Source of the DNA: a virus
Strand: one strand, 5' to 3'
Virus record (IMG/VR): IMGVR_UViG_3300020183_000007
Coordinates: 1 to 64,000 of that record
DNA: 64,000 bases
A program made the position numbers and the translations under genes. The notes below the pieces were generated by a model. The model saw nothing but the letters and a program-made list of their open reading frames with translations. It was not told where the DNA came from and made no database searches. Below, piece by piece: positions 7,970 through 19,281 of the stretch. Every line of letters begins with the position of its first letter. The stretch's first letter is position 1.

Positions 7970-9235
7970 TTAGATATATTCAATAATTAAATCGGAAAGA
8001 ACTGGCGCAGTTTTGTCATCTAACTGATTCAGGGTGACTTCTATCCATACATGATTAGAGGCACCGGGATTGATTAAGCTATATGTCCCAGCATCGTCGT
8101 ATATAATTCTGTAGCTAAAAGCTTCATCAAGCTGACTTTCCGCTACATTATATATCTTGGGCGAGACATTTGTCACTTCTTGTACAACGGTGCCGACGGG
8201 GGCGGAATACTTTATAATTATTTTACCAGTTTGTAAATATTTCTCATATTTAACGTCCAAATCAGAAAGACCATATGTGTAAATATACTTTCCTGTTTCT
8301 GTTAAATAATTTTTTTGATTCATCTTAATTCTTATGGCTGTTATATTTGTTTCCGGAAAATGGAAACATAGTGGTCCAGAATTTTTAATAGAATCAGAAC
8401 CAAGAGATGACCACCCACCAGGCGCTACCTTTCCTATGGCTGAGGCGACTGAATCGTAAAAACTATTTTTATTTAAAGGTATCCAAGTATCTGCTGGAGT
8501 CAATGAGGGATTAGCGACTGTCGTATATTCAATCGAATATATCTCACAGCCAAAAGCCGGAAATGGGTTTAGCTTAATAACATTAGATTTCAATATCCCA
8601 ACAGCGTCGTTGGGTATTGCCACATATAACATAAGCTGTGCACCAGTTGTGGGATTTGTATTAGAAACTACTGTTCTTCTCCAAACTTTATCAGCAGCAT
8701 CTAAGATGCAATTATATATTGGGGTACTGTCAATTACCGCACCAGGAGTATCCACACCTGCATAGGAAATGTCTATTCTGGTTTTAAAATAATCTGGGAC
8801 TACCTGTCCAACACCAGCCTGACCAAACTTTAGCTTTGAGAATGATCCACTAGACACTTTTGGTAGAGTTATTGCGTTATATGAGGGGTCAAAGCTTAAT
8901 AACTCCGTTCCGGCAATTGAAAAGCTTGTTCCAACAAAATTATTATAATCCAACTGTGAAAAAGAATATATTGACAATGTATTAGAATTTGACTCTAAGG
9001 CAGAAACCCTATCGCTTAGATCCTGTATTGCATTAGCTAAAAATATGTGATCTTTTAAAACTCTTTCAAAAGCACTAGACAACTTAGCGTCTATGATATT
9101 TGCCCTATTATAAAGGTAAACTAAATCTTCATAATTTTCCTGTATCCTCGAATTATAGTCCGAGCTATCCACGGGGCCATTGTATTTATAGTCTCTTTTT
9201 TTAGTTTTTAATACATAAGTCATATCATCCACCAT
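7970..9235 (-). CDS. Virion structural/fibre protein (paralogue family member)
   Basis: N-terminal coiled coil, beta-rich body, YTYGLSDLDV and C-terminal PVLSDLIIEY patterns shared with its neighbours. Confidence 0.7.
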   Translation of the reverse strand: MVDDMTYVLKTKKRDYKYNGPVDSSDYNSRIQENYEDLVYLYNRANIIDAKLSSAFERVLKDHIFLANAIQDLSDRVSALESNSNTLSIYSFSQLDYNNFVGTSFSIAGTELLSFDPSYNAITLPKVSSGSFSKLKFGQAGVGQVVPDYFKTRIDISYAGVDTPGAVIDSTPIYNCILDAADKVWRRTVVSNTNPTTGAQLMLYVAIPNDAVGILKSNVIKLNPFPAFGCEIYSIEYTTVANPSLTPADTWIPLNKNSFYDSVASAIGKVAPGGWSSLGSDSIKNSGPLCFHFPETNITAIRIKMNQKNYLTETGKYIYTYGLSDLDVKYEKYLQTGKIIIKYSAPVGTVVQEVTNVSPKIYNVAESQLDEAFSYRIIYDDAGTYSLINPGASNHVWIEVTLNQLDDKTAPVLSDLIIEYI

Positions 9236-9620
9236 TTTCTAATCTAGAAACTTTATTGATTAATCTAGACAATTTTCCACTTAACTTATTAGTAGTGTCA
9301 ATTGTCAGCGTTTCCAATGAAGGACTTGCCTCATCTATATACCTTTGCAAGGAAGCAAAATCGTAGGAAATGCCATCGTCTATTTTTGCTTGCTCTGTAT
9401 AATCTGTTATATCCCCAATAAAATATGTTAACTTATCTAAAATAGAATTATCAACTTCATTTAAATGATTTAATATTCTAGAAAAATCTATCTTTAATAA
9501 ATTACTCTCTAGATTTTCCATTAAACTATTTCTAGGAGATTTAAATTTTGCTCTATCAATCTGATAAAGTGGTTCAATAATTCTATTTATTTTATTGGAA
9601 TTTCTATAGCTAATAGCCAT
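9225..9620 (-). CDS. Small coiled-coil structural protein
   Basis: 131 aa, overlapping start/stop within the structural operon. Confidence 0.65.
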   Translation of the reverse strand: MAISYRNSNKINRIIEPLYQIDRAKFKSPRNSLMENLESNLLKIDFSRILNHLNEVDNSILDKLTYFIGDITDYTEQAKIDDGISYDFASLQRYIDEASPSLETLTIDTTNKLSGKLSRLINKVSRLENGG

Positions 9621-9621
9621 C

Positions 9622-11766
9622 TTATCCTTCTTCGTTGTGCTTGAATCTTATTCTTATATTATCTATTATTGGAGAAACTAATGGGTTTTTATCCCTATAC
9701 AAATCAGCCCTATATCTAACGGCCTTGACTAGTTTAGAATTTTCCCCATAATAAACTATTTTTGACTTACCCGATAAATGTCTAGAGCTTATTACTTCAC
9801 GAGCACCAAAAGCTTGATCTACGGTAAATACATAGTTTGTTTGTGCGACTCTCTGCCTAAACTCATATGGATCAAGGTATGAGTAATAGTCTAAAAATAT
9901 GGTACCATAATCAGATAATCTTCTTCCAGACATGATATTAAATGTAATTAAACCTTCAAAATTTTTGTCATATGTTATCTTAATATAGTTAATTCCAGTT
10001 TTGAAATTCCATTCAATATCTTGAGACAAAATACCAGATGGAAGATCCGCAATCAAAACATCGTTTAAATATATTGCTAATGTAAAATCTTCCCTACTTT
10101 TAGTTACAGTATGTATTACAGTATTATCTCTTGTGGCAGAAAGACTGGTTTCTAATAAGCCGGAACAAATTCCATTAAACCCAGGACTTATTGCGTTTAA
10201 CTGATTTTCAATAGGACTTGTTTGCGTAATATCTGAGGAAGACTGTGAGATTTTTTGTGACCATATATTTAAAGACTTATAATATTGCTCTGTTATGTTT
10301 GAATTAGAGGATCTAAGCATTGCGTAGTTTCTTATGGAATTTATACCATTTAGAATAAATGGCTGCTTTACTTCCTCTGCGCCAATATTGCAAACTCTAT
10401 AAACAGTTTTACCAGAATATATATTTGTATTTGGATTTAATTCATTAATATTTCCAGAAGTAGAATTTAAATCTATTAGCTCAAAACCGCCTACTTGTCC
10501 AGCACCGTCGTAAATTAATTTATTATTTTTATCGGTTGCTTGTAGATTTGCAATTGTTGAATTTGAATTAGATGAGGCATTTTCTGGATCAATTGCTATC
10601 CAATTAAAAGCGTCAATTCCGCTTGCTCCAGGAATATCTGCCGCAACAAAGTAGTTTACATCATATCCAGGACCAACCTGATGTTGGACGCTTAAGCCAA
10701 CAGATTCTATTGCCAATAAACCATTGTCCACTTCTGGTATTGATATTGGAGACGAAACTATTATAGCTGCTTTATCATGATATTTTGATCCAATATAAAT
10801 GTCTCTCAATCCAAATTCATAAATATAAGGTTTATTAGAGTTGTTTAAAACCTCATCAGGAAATGTTTTAAACAAAATTAAAGTAATACTTGAATAATTA
10901 AGAGGATTTAAATTGAAAGAAAATCTATCGTAGTCAGATCTAGTATCTTTAATGATATTTTGTTCTGGAACTTCTTTATTTAATGGTTTTGCTAAAATTC
11001 CAATTCCAACTCCAGAAGACGCCAATAAAGTACCTTCGATTTTAGAGATAGTATAATTAGAATTAACTGGTATAGTCATTATTGCGCTTACTACACCTAA
11101 TTCAGCGGATTCATATCTACATGACCAATATGTGTCGCTAAGTCCATCTGTTATATTTTCCAATTCAGAAATGACATATGGCGCAACAACTTGTACGCCA
11201 TTTAGGTCAACGGACAATGTAACACTGGAAGGATTGATCAATGAAGATGTTATCATATCAAATATGCCAGAATGTATAATTGGTATAGTCACGTTTCCAG
11301 CTTTGACATCAACAAACGCATCTGTTAAGGTTAAATCAATGTTTTTAGTTGATGTGAAGTTTTCTAAGTAAGAGTAATAAAATCCATCAGAATTATTTAT
11401 AGAAAAGATTAATTCATCAACTTTTCCTTCTAATTCTCGACGCTTAGATTTTAGATTATCCAACTTTTTATTAAGAGCTGTAATAGTCTCCATCATTTGA
11501 TAATTATTTTGAGTTGTACAATCATAAGCTACTTCTAAATTAAATAATGCCTTAATCATTAGCTCATTTAAATCTTCATGATCAAAAATATTTTTTCTTG
11601 TAAAAATATCATAATCCATAGGTATAGGATAACCTAGTTTATAGATAGAAAAATAATCATTAAAAAGTTTTCTTATCTCTATTTCACTTGGTCTAGTTCC
11701 AGATGAGTAAAGTAGTTTATTTACATTATTTAAAAACTTTATTTTCTGCATGCTTGCTATGTTCAT
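9622..11766 (-). CDS. Virion structural/fibre protein with a discoidin-like domain
   Basis: NITDGLSDTYW, YEFGLRDIYI, WIAIDP, PIIDNIRIRF. Confidence 0.7.
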   Translation of the reverse strand: MNIASMQKIKFLNNVNKLLYSSGTRPSEIEIRKLFNDYFSIYKLGYPIPMDYDIFTRKNIFDHEDLNELMIKALFNLEVAYDCTTQNNYQMMETITALNKKLDNLKSKRRELEGKVDELIFSINNSDGFYYSYLENFTSTKNIDLTLTDAFVDVKAGNVTIPIIHSGIFDMITSSLINPSSVTLSVDLNGVQVVAPYVISELENITDGLSDTYWSCRYESAELGVVSAIMTIPVNSNYTISKIEGTLLASSGVGIGILAKPLNKEVPEQNIIKDTRSDYDRFSFNLNPLNYSSITLILFKTFPDEVLNNSNKPYIYEFGLRDIYIGSKYHDKAAIIVSSPISIPEVDNGLLAIESVGLSVQHQVGPGYDVNYFVAADIPGASGIDAFNWIAIDPENASSNSNSTIANLQATDKNNKLIYDGAGQVGGFELIDLNSTSGNINELNPNTNIYSGKTVYRVCNIGAEEVKQPFILNGINSIRNYAMLRSSNSNITEQYYKSLNIWSQKISQSSSDITQTSPIENQLNAISPGFNGICSGLLETSLSATRDNTVIHTVTKSREDFTLAIYLNDVLIADLPSGILSQDIEWNFKTGINYIKITYDKNFEGLITFNIMSGRRLSDYGTIFLDYYSYLDPYEFRQRVAQTNYVFTVDQAFGAREVISSRHLSGKSKIVYYGENSKLVKAVRYRADLYRDKNPLVSPIIDNIRIRFKHNEEG

Positions 11767-13919
11767 GATCTTTTTACCTTAGCTATTAATTGGTACGAAT
11801 ATATATTAGGCGTAAAATTATATGTACCTTTTTTGTTCGCAACTATTTTAACAACAATTTCTTTAACTTCTTTTGGAATAGTTGGAAAGGATAAATATGA
11901 TGCGCCAGATAATCTATATTCATTAAGTATAGATTGATTAAAGAACACTATTTCAGGAACACCATTAAAGTCTAATTGCACCGGAGAAATCTCTATCCAA
12001 TTGGATCCTTGATCTGCAGATATGTATGTTTCAATATTTATTTTTGTAGAATGAACCTGATTTATAGTAGCTTGTACGTCAAGCATTACAGATTCAATAG
12101 GATAATCAAACTTAAATGGAAAAGAAATTATCTGCATTTCATCCTTGTATTTCTCCCTATACACATCTATATCTCTAATTCCTATCGCCCATCTTTTAGC
12201 ATTATATAATTCTTCTGCCTGCTGAAGAATAACTCTATGAGAAATTTCTTTTTGCACAGGTACAAATGACTGTTGCACAATCGAAATATCTTGCATTACC
12301 CCTAACTCTGGATGCGAAAATGGAGTGGCACCTAAATATAAATCCAAAAGATCATTCAAATCTTCTTGAGCAGCTGCTGCGGTATCATAGTTTTTTGTTA
12401 TGTAACTATCTTCATCTTTAACTGGCTCAGAAACAAATTGAGCCTCTTCTCCAGTTGTTGTCCATCTATGAAAATAAACCGTAGAACTAGTTGGAGTAGC
12501 TGAATCGCTAAAGAATGAGGCAGCTATGAAATAAGCCGTTAGGGATGTTGGCTTCTTTTTTAAGCTAACATTTATATCTGTTACATTTTGTGTAGTAGTT
12601 TTATATTTAGTTGGATTAGATAGTGTTGGTATTAATTGATATTTATTGTATTTAATTGATTCGTATATATCCCTGCTCAAGGCATCTGGGTTGAATCTTG
12701 ATAAATTGACAAAAGGATTATTAGCGTTTATTGAGCTTGGTTTCCAATAAACGTGTTTTATTTCTACGTTTGAATAAGCCGTCTGCCTAAAAGATATTTC
12801 TATTTTAGAAACTTCTCTTTCAGGAAATCTTACTGTAGCTTTGTTGTAAAAATAGTTTTGCGCAATTTCAATATTCAATGGGATTAATGATGAGCCAATA
12901 AAAATATTTTCCTTTAAAACATTTTCTGAAGAACCATTTTTAGCAAAAACTACAACTTCTGTAACTTCTATATATTTAGAGGAACCAAAAAATGGAGTTA
13001 TATCAATACTATTTGCAATTCTTCCGGAATTAGAAGTTAGTTTTAGTTTCAAAGTTAAGGGATCAGCTATTGGATGCGAAGACCAATCTACTACATTGGA
13101 CTCATTAGAATTAGAACTATTCATTTCTGTTTTAAGAAACTTAAATTCATTCTCCTGAGGCGCAATAGTAAATGGTGGTTTTGCTATTGACTTATCTACA
13201 TTTAAACTTTCATATTCAAAATATGTAAGAGGATTATTGTCATTAATGCTTCTTAGGTTATTTAATGTTTTATTATTCTCAAAAACATATTTATATTGAG
13301 ATGTATTTTCATCATTATTAGACTTTATAATTTGATGACTATTGCCAATAAAACCATTTCCAGATAAAACTTCTATTGAATCAATGGTCCATCGTTTAGA
13401 GGATTCTATCGCTAACGACGCAGCCCCGCCCTTAATAAGTGGATTTGAGCCTTTTGTTATTTTTGTATAATCAATTAAATCATCATTTTCAAATGAATCA
13501 CCAACATAAATTAGATCATCAGATGGACTACGAGAATACATTTGCAAAATTTTACACTTGGAAACTATTCTTTCCGAGTACCTTTTTTCTCCTTCAACTT
13601 CTTTAGAAAAAAGATTAAATATATTAATGGTCTTGGCGTTGAGGTAATCTATTTGCTTTGACAAAATAGATACGTCTTGTGCATACTCTGTAAAAAATTT
13701 ATTAAACTTTTCAGATCTTGGTGGCTCACCTTTTATGAAGGGCGAATAAGATGCCAAAGGGGCTCCTATTTGATTCTTAATTTCATTTAATATTTTTAAA
13801 TATTGTTCTGCTATTTCATCTTTTGTAATTAATGACGCAGAGTTTATTGCGGTAATTAACTGAGCCACCTTATGTAGCATTTGCTGATACGGCATAGTGT
13901 TTGCTGATAGTTGTGTCAT
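11763..13919 (-). CDS. Virion structural/fibre protein with a discoidin-like domain
   Basis: SINDNNPLTYF, WAIGIRDIDV, WIEISP, PNIYSYQLIAK. Confidence 0.7.
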   Translation of the reverse strand: MTQLSANTMPYQQMLHKVAQLITAINSASLITKDEIAEQYLKILNEIKNQIGAPLASYSPFIKGEPPRSEKFNKFFTEYAQDVSILSKQIDYLNAKTINIFNLFSKEVEGEKRYSERIVSKCKILQMYSRSPSDDLIYVGDSFENDDLIDYTKITKGSNPLIKGGAASLAIESSKRWTIDSIEVLSGNGFIGNSHQIIKSNNDENTSQYKYVFENNKTLNNLRSINDNNPLTYFEYESLNVDKSIAKPPFTIAPQENEFKFLKTEMNSSNSNESNVVDWSSHPIADPLTLKLKLTSNSGRIANSIDITPFFGSSKYIEVTEVVVFAKNGSSENVLKENIFIGSSLIPLNIEIAQNYFYNKATVRFPEREVSKIEISFRQTAYSNVEIKHVYWKPSSINANNPFVNLSRFNPDALSRDIYESIKYNKYQLIPTLSNPTKYKTTTQNVTDINVSLKKKPTSLTAYFIAASFFSDSATPTSSTVYFHRWTTTGEEAQFVSEPVKDEDSYITKNYDTAAAAQEDLNDLLDLYLGATPFSHPELGVMQDISIVQQSFVPVQKEISHRVILQQAEELYNAKRWAIGIRDIDVYREKYKDEMQIISFPFKFDYPIESVMLDVQATINQVHSTKINIETYISADQGSNWIEISPVQLDFNGVPEIVFFNQSILNEYRLSGASYLSFPTIPKEVKEIVVKIVANKKGTYNFTPNIYSYQLIAKVKRS

Positions 13920-13929
13920 AGTGTTCTCT

Positions 13930-16524
13930 TTACAATGTTAAAGAATTTAGCTTCTCATAATATGGATCATTATTAATGGTTTTCATTTTGACAATAACGC
14001 TATCGACGGATATTGGATCAGAAGAGTCAATAATGTTTTTTCTTATCACTAATCTAAATCGCAAATCATTAGGTATATATTGATAGTAAACTGTAAATGG
14101 CTGATTAATCGGCCTGTTGAAAACGACATTTTTACCATTTTGGATAAATAGTGTTTCAGTCGTAGAATAAAATGAAACCTTTTCTACGGAAAGAGAGTAA
14201 TTAGTTAGATTAATTGCCACTGTTCCATCTGAAAGAATAATTTTTACAGGGTTGTACCCAGCATTGTTGCTAATAAAATTTGTTCCTGTTGATTTATTAT
14301 AAATTATTCTAGCATAACTATCCCTATCCACATAAGGAGAATAACTTAATCTGATTGATGCATTGAAATCAGTCGAAGAAAAAGTTTCACCCGAACCATC
14401 GTCTGAAGAATAGTTTTTTAAAGATTGAAGAATTACATTTCTTTTTATAAAATCAACCTCATCAGGCGCAGTGAATGCGAAATCTAAATCATAAGAAACT
14501 ATAAATCTGCTATTTACATTAAATTGACTTTGCGAAATAGAAATGGTATTTTCATCAATCGAATAACTATAGTTAGTAGAAATTCTGGGCAACAAAACTC
14601 CGTCTTTATATACAATAATTGAATCATTTTTAGGTTTAAATCTTAATTTAGCTTTTCTAGTGACATTATTTGTAAACAAAATTTCAGATTGAACAATTTT
14701 ATTGCCATAAGTTGATATTGGTATCCAGTCAGATTCACTTAATGGCAGTGGCTTATTGGATATAGATATCTCGTATGATGCCGGAGCTAGTATGTCTCTA
14801 TTTACATTGGAAACACCGGCATTATTGTTAAAGAAATATGGCTTTACTTTAGCTGCAATAATTTGCCCATTAACAGGAATTTTTTTGCTAACAAAAACAG
14901 CTTTATTAGTATCTTGATTTAATGTTTCTATGAACTCTATTGATCTAAGAGAAAAACTGTATTCATAGCTAGAATTGGATTCTAGCACAGATAATTGAGA
15001 GTTTAACGAAGCTACTGGAGTAGCTAGAATTCCAGTGTTATATTGTTGATCAGATTGGGACCTGACGTTAGTGCTCGAACCCATGATGAATCCGGACGCA
15101 AATAAAGAAGATCCTGCTGTTATGCCTTCAATATATTTATCAGAATCAAATATTTTGTATTTTCCAGAAAAAGTATTCAACATAGAATTAATTGCATTAA
15201 CGAATACAGGGGTATTAGTAAATACGTTTTTATCTTCAATAATTAGATTATTAAATTCTTTAATTTGCTCATCTAAATTATTTATGTAGCTATCAAATTC
15301 CTGCGGAAACCTGTATGTGTAGTAGTCTATATCTGTTTTTTTATTTTTAGATATTCCTTTTACCGTACTTTTTCTTTTGAAAAACCAATAAATAATATCT
15401 TGAAATCTACTAAAACTTTTTTTGCGCTCATCTATTACAGCTTTCACAAATGAATCCAAAACTTTAGAGTTTAGCTCAGAATTAATTGGTGGCCTATTAT
15501 TCTTAATGTAATCTTGCTGATTAAATATCAGAATAATCTTATTAACTGATTTCTTATTAAATCTTAAATCAAAAACTCTATTTAGCAATGCTGGCCTGTT
15601 TAGTAGAATGGTATAGTTTTCTGACGGCGTAATATTATTCGCATCTATAGGAGAATTGTGGTATACAACAGCCTGTAATAGCTTAAAATTAGTTGATTGA
15701 TTAGACTGAAATCTAATTGTATCTATATTAATAGGTCTTTGTAAGACTATTTCAACAGCTGCGATTGCTCCACTAACAGTAGAATAATCATAGTTAAAAT
15801 ATTTTATATAATCTTTTAGCTGTGCAGATAAAATAGCTGGAGACTTTATTGTCACTGACCATGAATCAGAAAAATTATCATTAAATAAATTTTCAAAATT
15901 AGAATTTGTTGTCACATAATTATTATAATTAGTAGCAATTTTTATAGACTTTATATTTCTAATGATATTTTTTACATCTTGTCCCTTACCAATTTTTAAA
16001 GCACCGCTGACAGGATCTATGAAGGCATTATTTGTTTCCGAAAAAGGTATGCCATCCCTATCTGGAATTGCAAACTGAACTCCATCTGCCCTATAGTCAT
16101 TAAGGAAGCTATCAAATTTCTCTATATAGTTTGCGTTAAACAAATCATCTTTACCAGAAATAAATTCATAGTTATCTATAAACACTTGTAGCTTATCTAA
16201 ATCTTCTTCTACTTTTTGTATTTCAGAATCAAAAACGCTAACAATAGAATTTAAAGCTATACCGGTAGCATTGGCTGCATTAAATAAATTTTGCATTCTT
16301 AGGTAGGCGTTTCTGAACGCATCCACCATTGCTTCTTTTGTTAGAAGGGAAAAAGACGCAACTTTAGCTCCCGTATAATTTAGATCTACTGTCATATTTG
16401 ACATTTTTGTTACTAAAAAATTTAAATCTGTTTTTTCAAGCCTCATATCTCTTATGAGAGACGAAACAGTCGCCCTAGAGGCGGAAGAATATAAGCTAAT
16501 TGTTTCCGGTAATGCGTGTATCAT
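13930..16524 (-). CDS. Virion structural/fibre protein
   Basis: NLFNDNFSDSW, YSFSLRSIEF, WIPIS, ISVDSVIVKMK. Confidence 0.7.
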   Translation of the reverse strand: MIHALPETISLYSSASRATVSSLIRDMRLEKTDLNFLVTKMSNMTVDLNYTGAKVASFSLLTKEAMVDAFRNAYLRMQNLFNAANATGIALNSIVSVFDSEIQKVEEDLDKLQVFIDNYEFISGKDDLFNANYIEKFDSFLNDYRADGVQFAIPDRDGIPFSETNNAFIDPVSGALKIGKGQDVKNIIRNIKSIKIATNYNNYVTTNSNFENLFNDNFSDSWSVTIKSPAILSAQLKDYIKYFNYDYSTVSGAIAAVEIVLQRPINIDTIRFQSNQSTNFKLLQAVVYHNSPIDANNITPSENYTILLNRPALLNRVFDLRFNKKSVNKIILIFNQQDYIKNNRPPINSELNSKVLDSFVKAVIDERKKSFSRFQDIIYWFFKRKSTVKGISKNKKTDIDYYTYRFPQEFDSYINNLDEQIKEFNNLIIEDKNVFTNTPVFVNAINSMLNTFSGKYKIFDSDKYIEGITAGSSLFASGFIMGSSTNVRSQSDQQYNTGILATPVASLNSQLSVLESNSSYEYSFSLRSIEFIETLNQDTNKAVFVSKKIPVNGQIIAAKVKPYFFNNNAGVSNVNRDILAPASYEISISNKPLPLSESDWIPISTYGNKIVQSEILFTNNVTRKAKLRFKPKNDSIIVYKDGVLLPRISTNYSYSIDENTISISQSQFNVNSRFIVSYDLDFAFTAPDEVDFIKRNVILQSLKNYSSDDGSGETFSSTDFNASIRLSYSPYVDRDSYARIIYNKSTGTNFISNNAGYNPVKIILSDGTVAINLTNYSLSVEKVSFYSTTETLFIQNGKNVVFNRPINQPFTVYYQYIPNDLRFRLVIRKNIIDSSDPISVDSVIVKMKTINNDPYYEKLNSLTL

Positions 16525-19269
16525 TTAAGACCAATCTTCCCCTTCCATGTTTTGCAAATCGAAAACAATTCCGGCTGTTAAGTTATTTCTAATAATATTA
16601 TATATTTCTTTTGGTGAAGTAAAGTTTTGCTTAACATTTTCAGGTATTTTAATTATAACATATCCGCCATTCATATATGCAGTTGCATTTGCGGGATATA
16701 CGTCCCAGTGAGACAGAATTTCAGGAACTTCATTAACTATATCTGAATTTTCTATATCAGCCCGAATCCCACCACCCCTTAATCTAAGGTCGGACAGTTT
16801 AGGCTTAACTTTATTTGGGTTGTTAGTAACATATATTATTGCTATGCAAAGCGCAAATGGATCGTAGTCTATGGATGTTTCATCAAAAATAGTAGAACTA
16901 TATGTAAAATTAATCAAATTTGGATATTGAAATTCAGTTATTTTTTCATAGCTAAATACATTTACCTCAGATTGATTAGGTGTGTTTTTCTTATATATAT
17001 TTCGTGGTGTCAGATATATATACATAGGTTTATCAAACTGTACACTGTCAGAATTTAAGAATGGATTCAAAGGTATAGGGTCTCCATTAATTTGTCTGAC
17101 TAAAGAATTTTTATTTACAGTTGAATAATTTACTTTAATTAAAGATGGATCACTTGGAATTATTCGTTTTTTAAATTTTATTAATCCATTATCACAATCT
17201 ACATCTAATATAAGAGAGTCCTCAACTTTTACCCAAGCTGATGTTACACTTGCCCTAGTATACACTTCTACTTGTTGGCGGACTATTCCACCTATCGACT
17301 GCATATAGTCAGTTTTGTGATTCCAACTTAAAATTGGAGTTTTTCTTAATTTAATTGATTTATTATCAACAACTATAGGATGTTCATTAGATATATCATA
17401 ATATCCATATCCATATATTTTTGACCAAGAAACTCCCGGTAGATCCATGGTGGAGTATTCGGCTAACATTTCTTGCCCAGAATATATTGACTTCCAATCA
17501 GTATATTGGATAAGGGAATCAATTTTTACCTTTTTATTAAAAGAACCATTTGTCACCGGCAATTCCCATGCATCGTATTTTGATAGATTAGCATTAATAT
17601 TATTAACTTGTATTCCAGATCCATTGTTATATTTAACTGAATATATAGGGGTTAAATACTTTAATGGAATTCTTACAGGGATAAACGTAGTGGAATTATT
17701 TTGGCCAACAAAATCATTATCTCCATTAGCACCATCCGCGTCCAACGCACAAACTGCTATATAGATATTTTCAAAATTAGTAAAAGATGATCTCGTATAG
17801 AAATCAATATAGCTTAGAGAACTTCCAAGCATTTCTTGAGTGTTTAGATCATAAAAGCCATACCTCAACCCATCTGCGGGCAGCTCATTAACTAACGAAA
17901 AATATCCGTAAGCAATGTCTCTCTCCTCCTGAGAAAGCGTTGCCGGATTTGATATTGACGCAGATATCTGCGCTAATGTTGGCAGACCGACTGGTTTGCC
18001 GCTCGAATCGCACAACAGCAATACACCGTCTCCATAATTAATAGAGTTTTTTCCTTCAGGAAACATTTGACCAAGACGATTCTTTAGTCTGTAACCGGAA
18101 GACAAGTCTATTACGGTCGTCCTAGTAAGGGCATCGCCGTAAAATGTACTTGAGGTTTCTAACACTACATTATTTTCCTGTGTCTGCCTAATTGATATGG
18201 GTGATCCGGATACAGTTTCGCCAAGGCTCACTGTGTCAGATAGGCTTAAATTTGCTAAAGCAAAGGTTCCAGATACTACATTGCTTCTAAAATTAGGAAT
18301 TTTTATTTCATATTCTCCAGTTGAAATATAGTCAATGCTGTTAAGATTTATTCCTGAACCAGAAGTAAATGTTAACTGTCTTTGATTAATGCCATCTGGA
18401 TAATATGTTAATCGCGATATATATTGTGTTTGTTGCGCAGATACTCTTTCTACACTTGAAAGATTTATTAAAGCTGGAGAAGATGGAGTGACATCATTTA
18501 GTGACGTAATAAAATTAGCTTTTACAGTAATTGTAATAGGATCATCATAATCTACAACCTGTGTTATATCTGGATCTTGCGCTAAAGCTAATACATTTAT
18601 TTCCGATATACCGAACCCTTCACCTTGACCTAGTCCATATATTGGTCCGCCCACAAGATTAACCCATATATATCTGGCACTTTCGCCAGATCTGCCATTC
18701 ATTGGTATCTCTATATTTCCGGTTGCAGCAGAGAGATCTAGCGCCTCGATATTCGGATAGTGAAATATATTTGAAGAAAAAGAAGAATGCCAACCGAAAG
18801 AAATAGCCTTATAATTCCTCCATCTAATATCCTGATCTGGAACTATAATAATTTTTTCAATACCAATAATAGATTGTGGTATCTCGAAAAATATTACATC
18901 AGAGGCAGAACTTGGACCGGCTACTCCTGTAAATGTTGTTTTTCTATATACTTTTCCAGTATTAATATCTGGGGCTAAACCCATCTCTTCAACCTTTTGT
19001 ATATATTTCCTAATATCTTCAGACGCAAAGGACTTCCAACTTTCAAACAAACTATTATTAGTCGTTTTTAAGTTCAACCAATATTTAGCTAAATACCATT
19101 TAGTTTCACTATCAACCTTACCATCAATATATCTCTGATTATTTGATATCTGAAAAGATCTAACAGCAGACGCAGTCGAAGAACCATAATCGCCATCTAT
19201 TGCTTTTGAATAGAAGCCCGAGGCACCGAGCGTATATTGTATGTATTTGACATATTCATGTGTTGCCAT
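16525..19269 (-). CDS. Baseplate/fibre protein with an N-terminal peptidoglycan-binding (PG_binding_1) domain
   Basis: VKYIQYTL...IDGDYGSSTASAVRSFQ...IDGKVDSET is the PG_binding_1 pattern. Confidence 0.75.
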   Translation of the reverse strand: MATHEYVKYIQYTLGASGFYSKAIDGDYGSSTASAVRSFQISNNQRYIDGKVDSETKWYLAKYWLNLKTTNNSLFESWKSFASEDIRKYIQKVEEMGLAPDINTGKVYRKTTFTGVAGPSSASDVIFFEIPQSIIGIEKIIIVPDQDIRWRNYKAISFGWHSSFSSNIFHYPNIEALDLSAATGNIEIPMNGRSGESARYIWVNLVGGPIYGLGQGEGFGISEINVLALAQDPDITQVVDYDDPITITVKANFITSLNDVTPSSPALINLSSVERVSAQQTQYISRLTYYPDGINQRQLTFTSGSGINLNSIDYISTGEYEIKIPNFRSNVVSGTFALANLSLSDTVSLGETVSGSPISIRQTQENNVVLETSSTFYGDALTRTTVIDLSSGYRLKNRLGQMFPEGKNSINYGDGVLLLCDSSGKPVGLPTLAQISASISNPATLSQEERDIAYGYFSLVNELPADGLRYGFYDLNTQEMLGSSLSYIDFYTRSSFTNFENIYIAVCALDADGANGDNDFVGQNNSTTFIPVRIPLKYLTPIYSVKYNNGSGIQVNNINANLSKYDAWELPVTNGSFNKKVKIDSLIQYTDWKSIYSGQEMLAEYSTMDLPGVSWSKIYGYGYYDISNEHPIVVDNKSIKLRKTPILSWNHKTDYMQSIGGIVRQQVEVYTRASVTSAWVKVEDSLILDVDCDNGLIKFKKRIIPSDPSLIKVNYSTVNKNSLVRQINGDPIPLNPFLNSDSVQFDKPMYIYLTPRNIYKKNTPNQSEVNVFSYEKITEFQYPNLINFTYSSTIFDETSIDYDPFALCIAIIYVTNNPNKVKPKLSDLRLRGGGIRADIENSDIVNEVPEILSHWDVYPANATAYMNGGYVIIKIPENVKQNFTSPKEIYNIIRNNLTAGIVFDLQNMEGEDWS

Positions 19270-19281
19270 AATATTCCTTAA

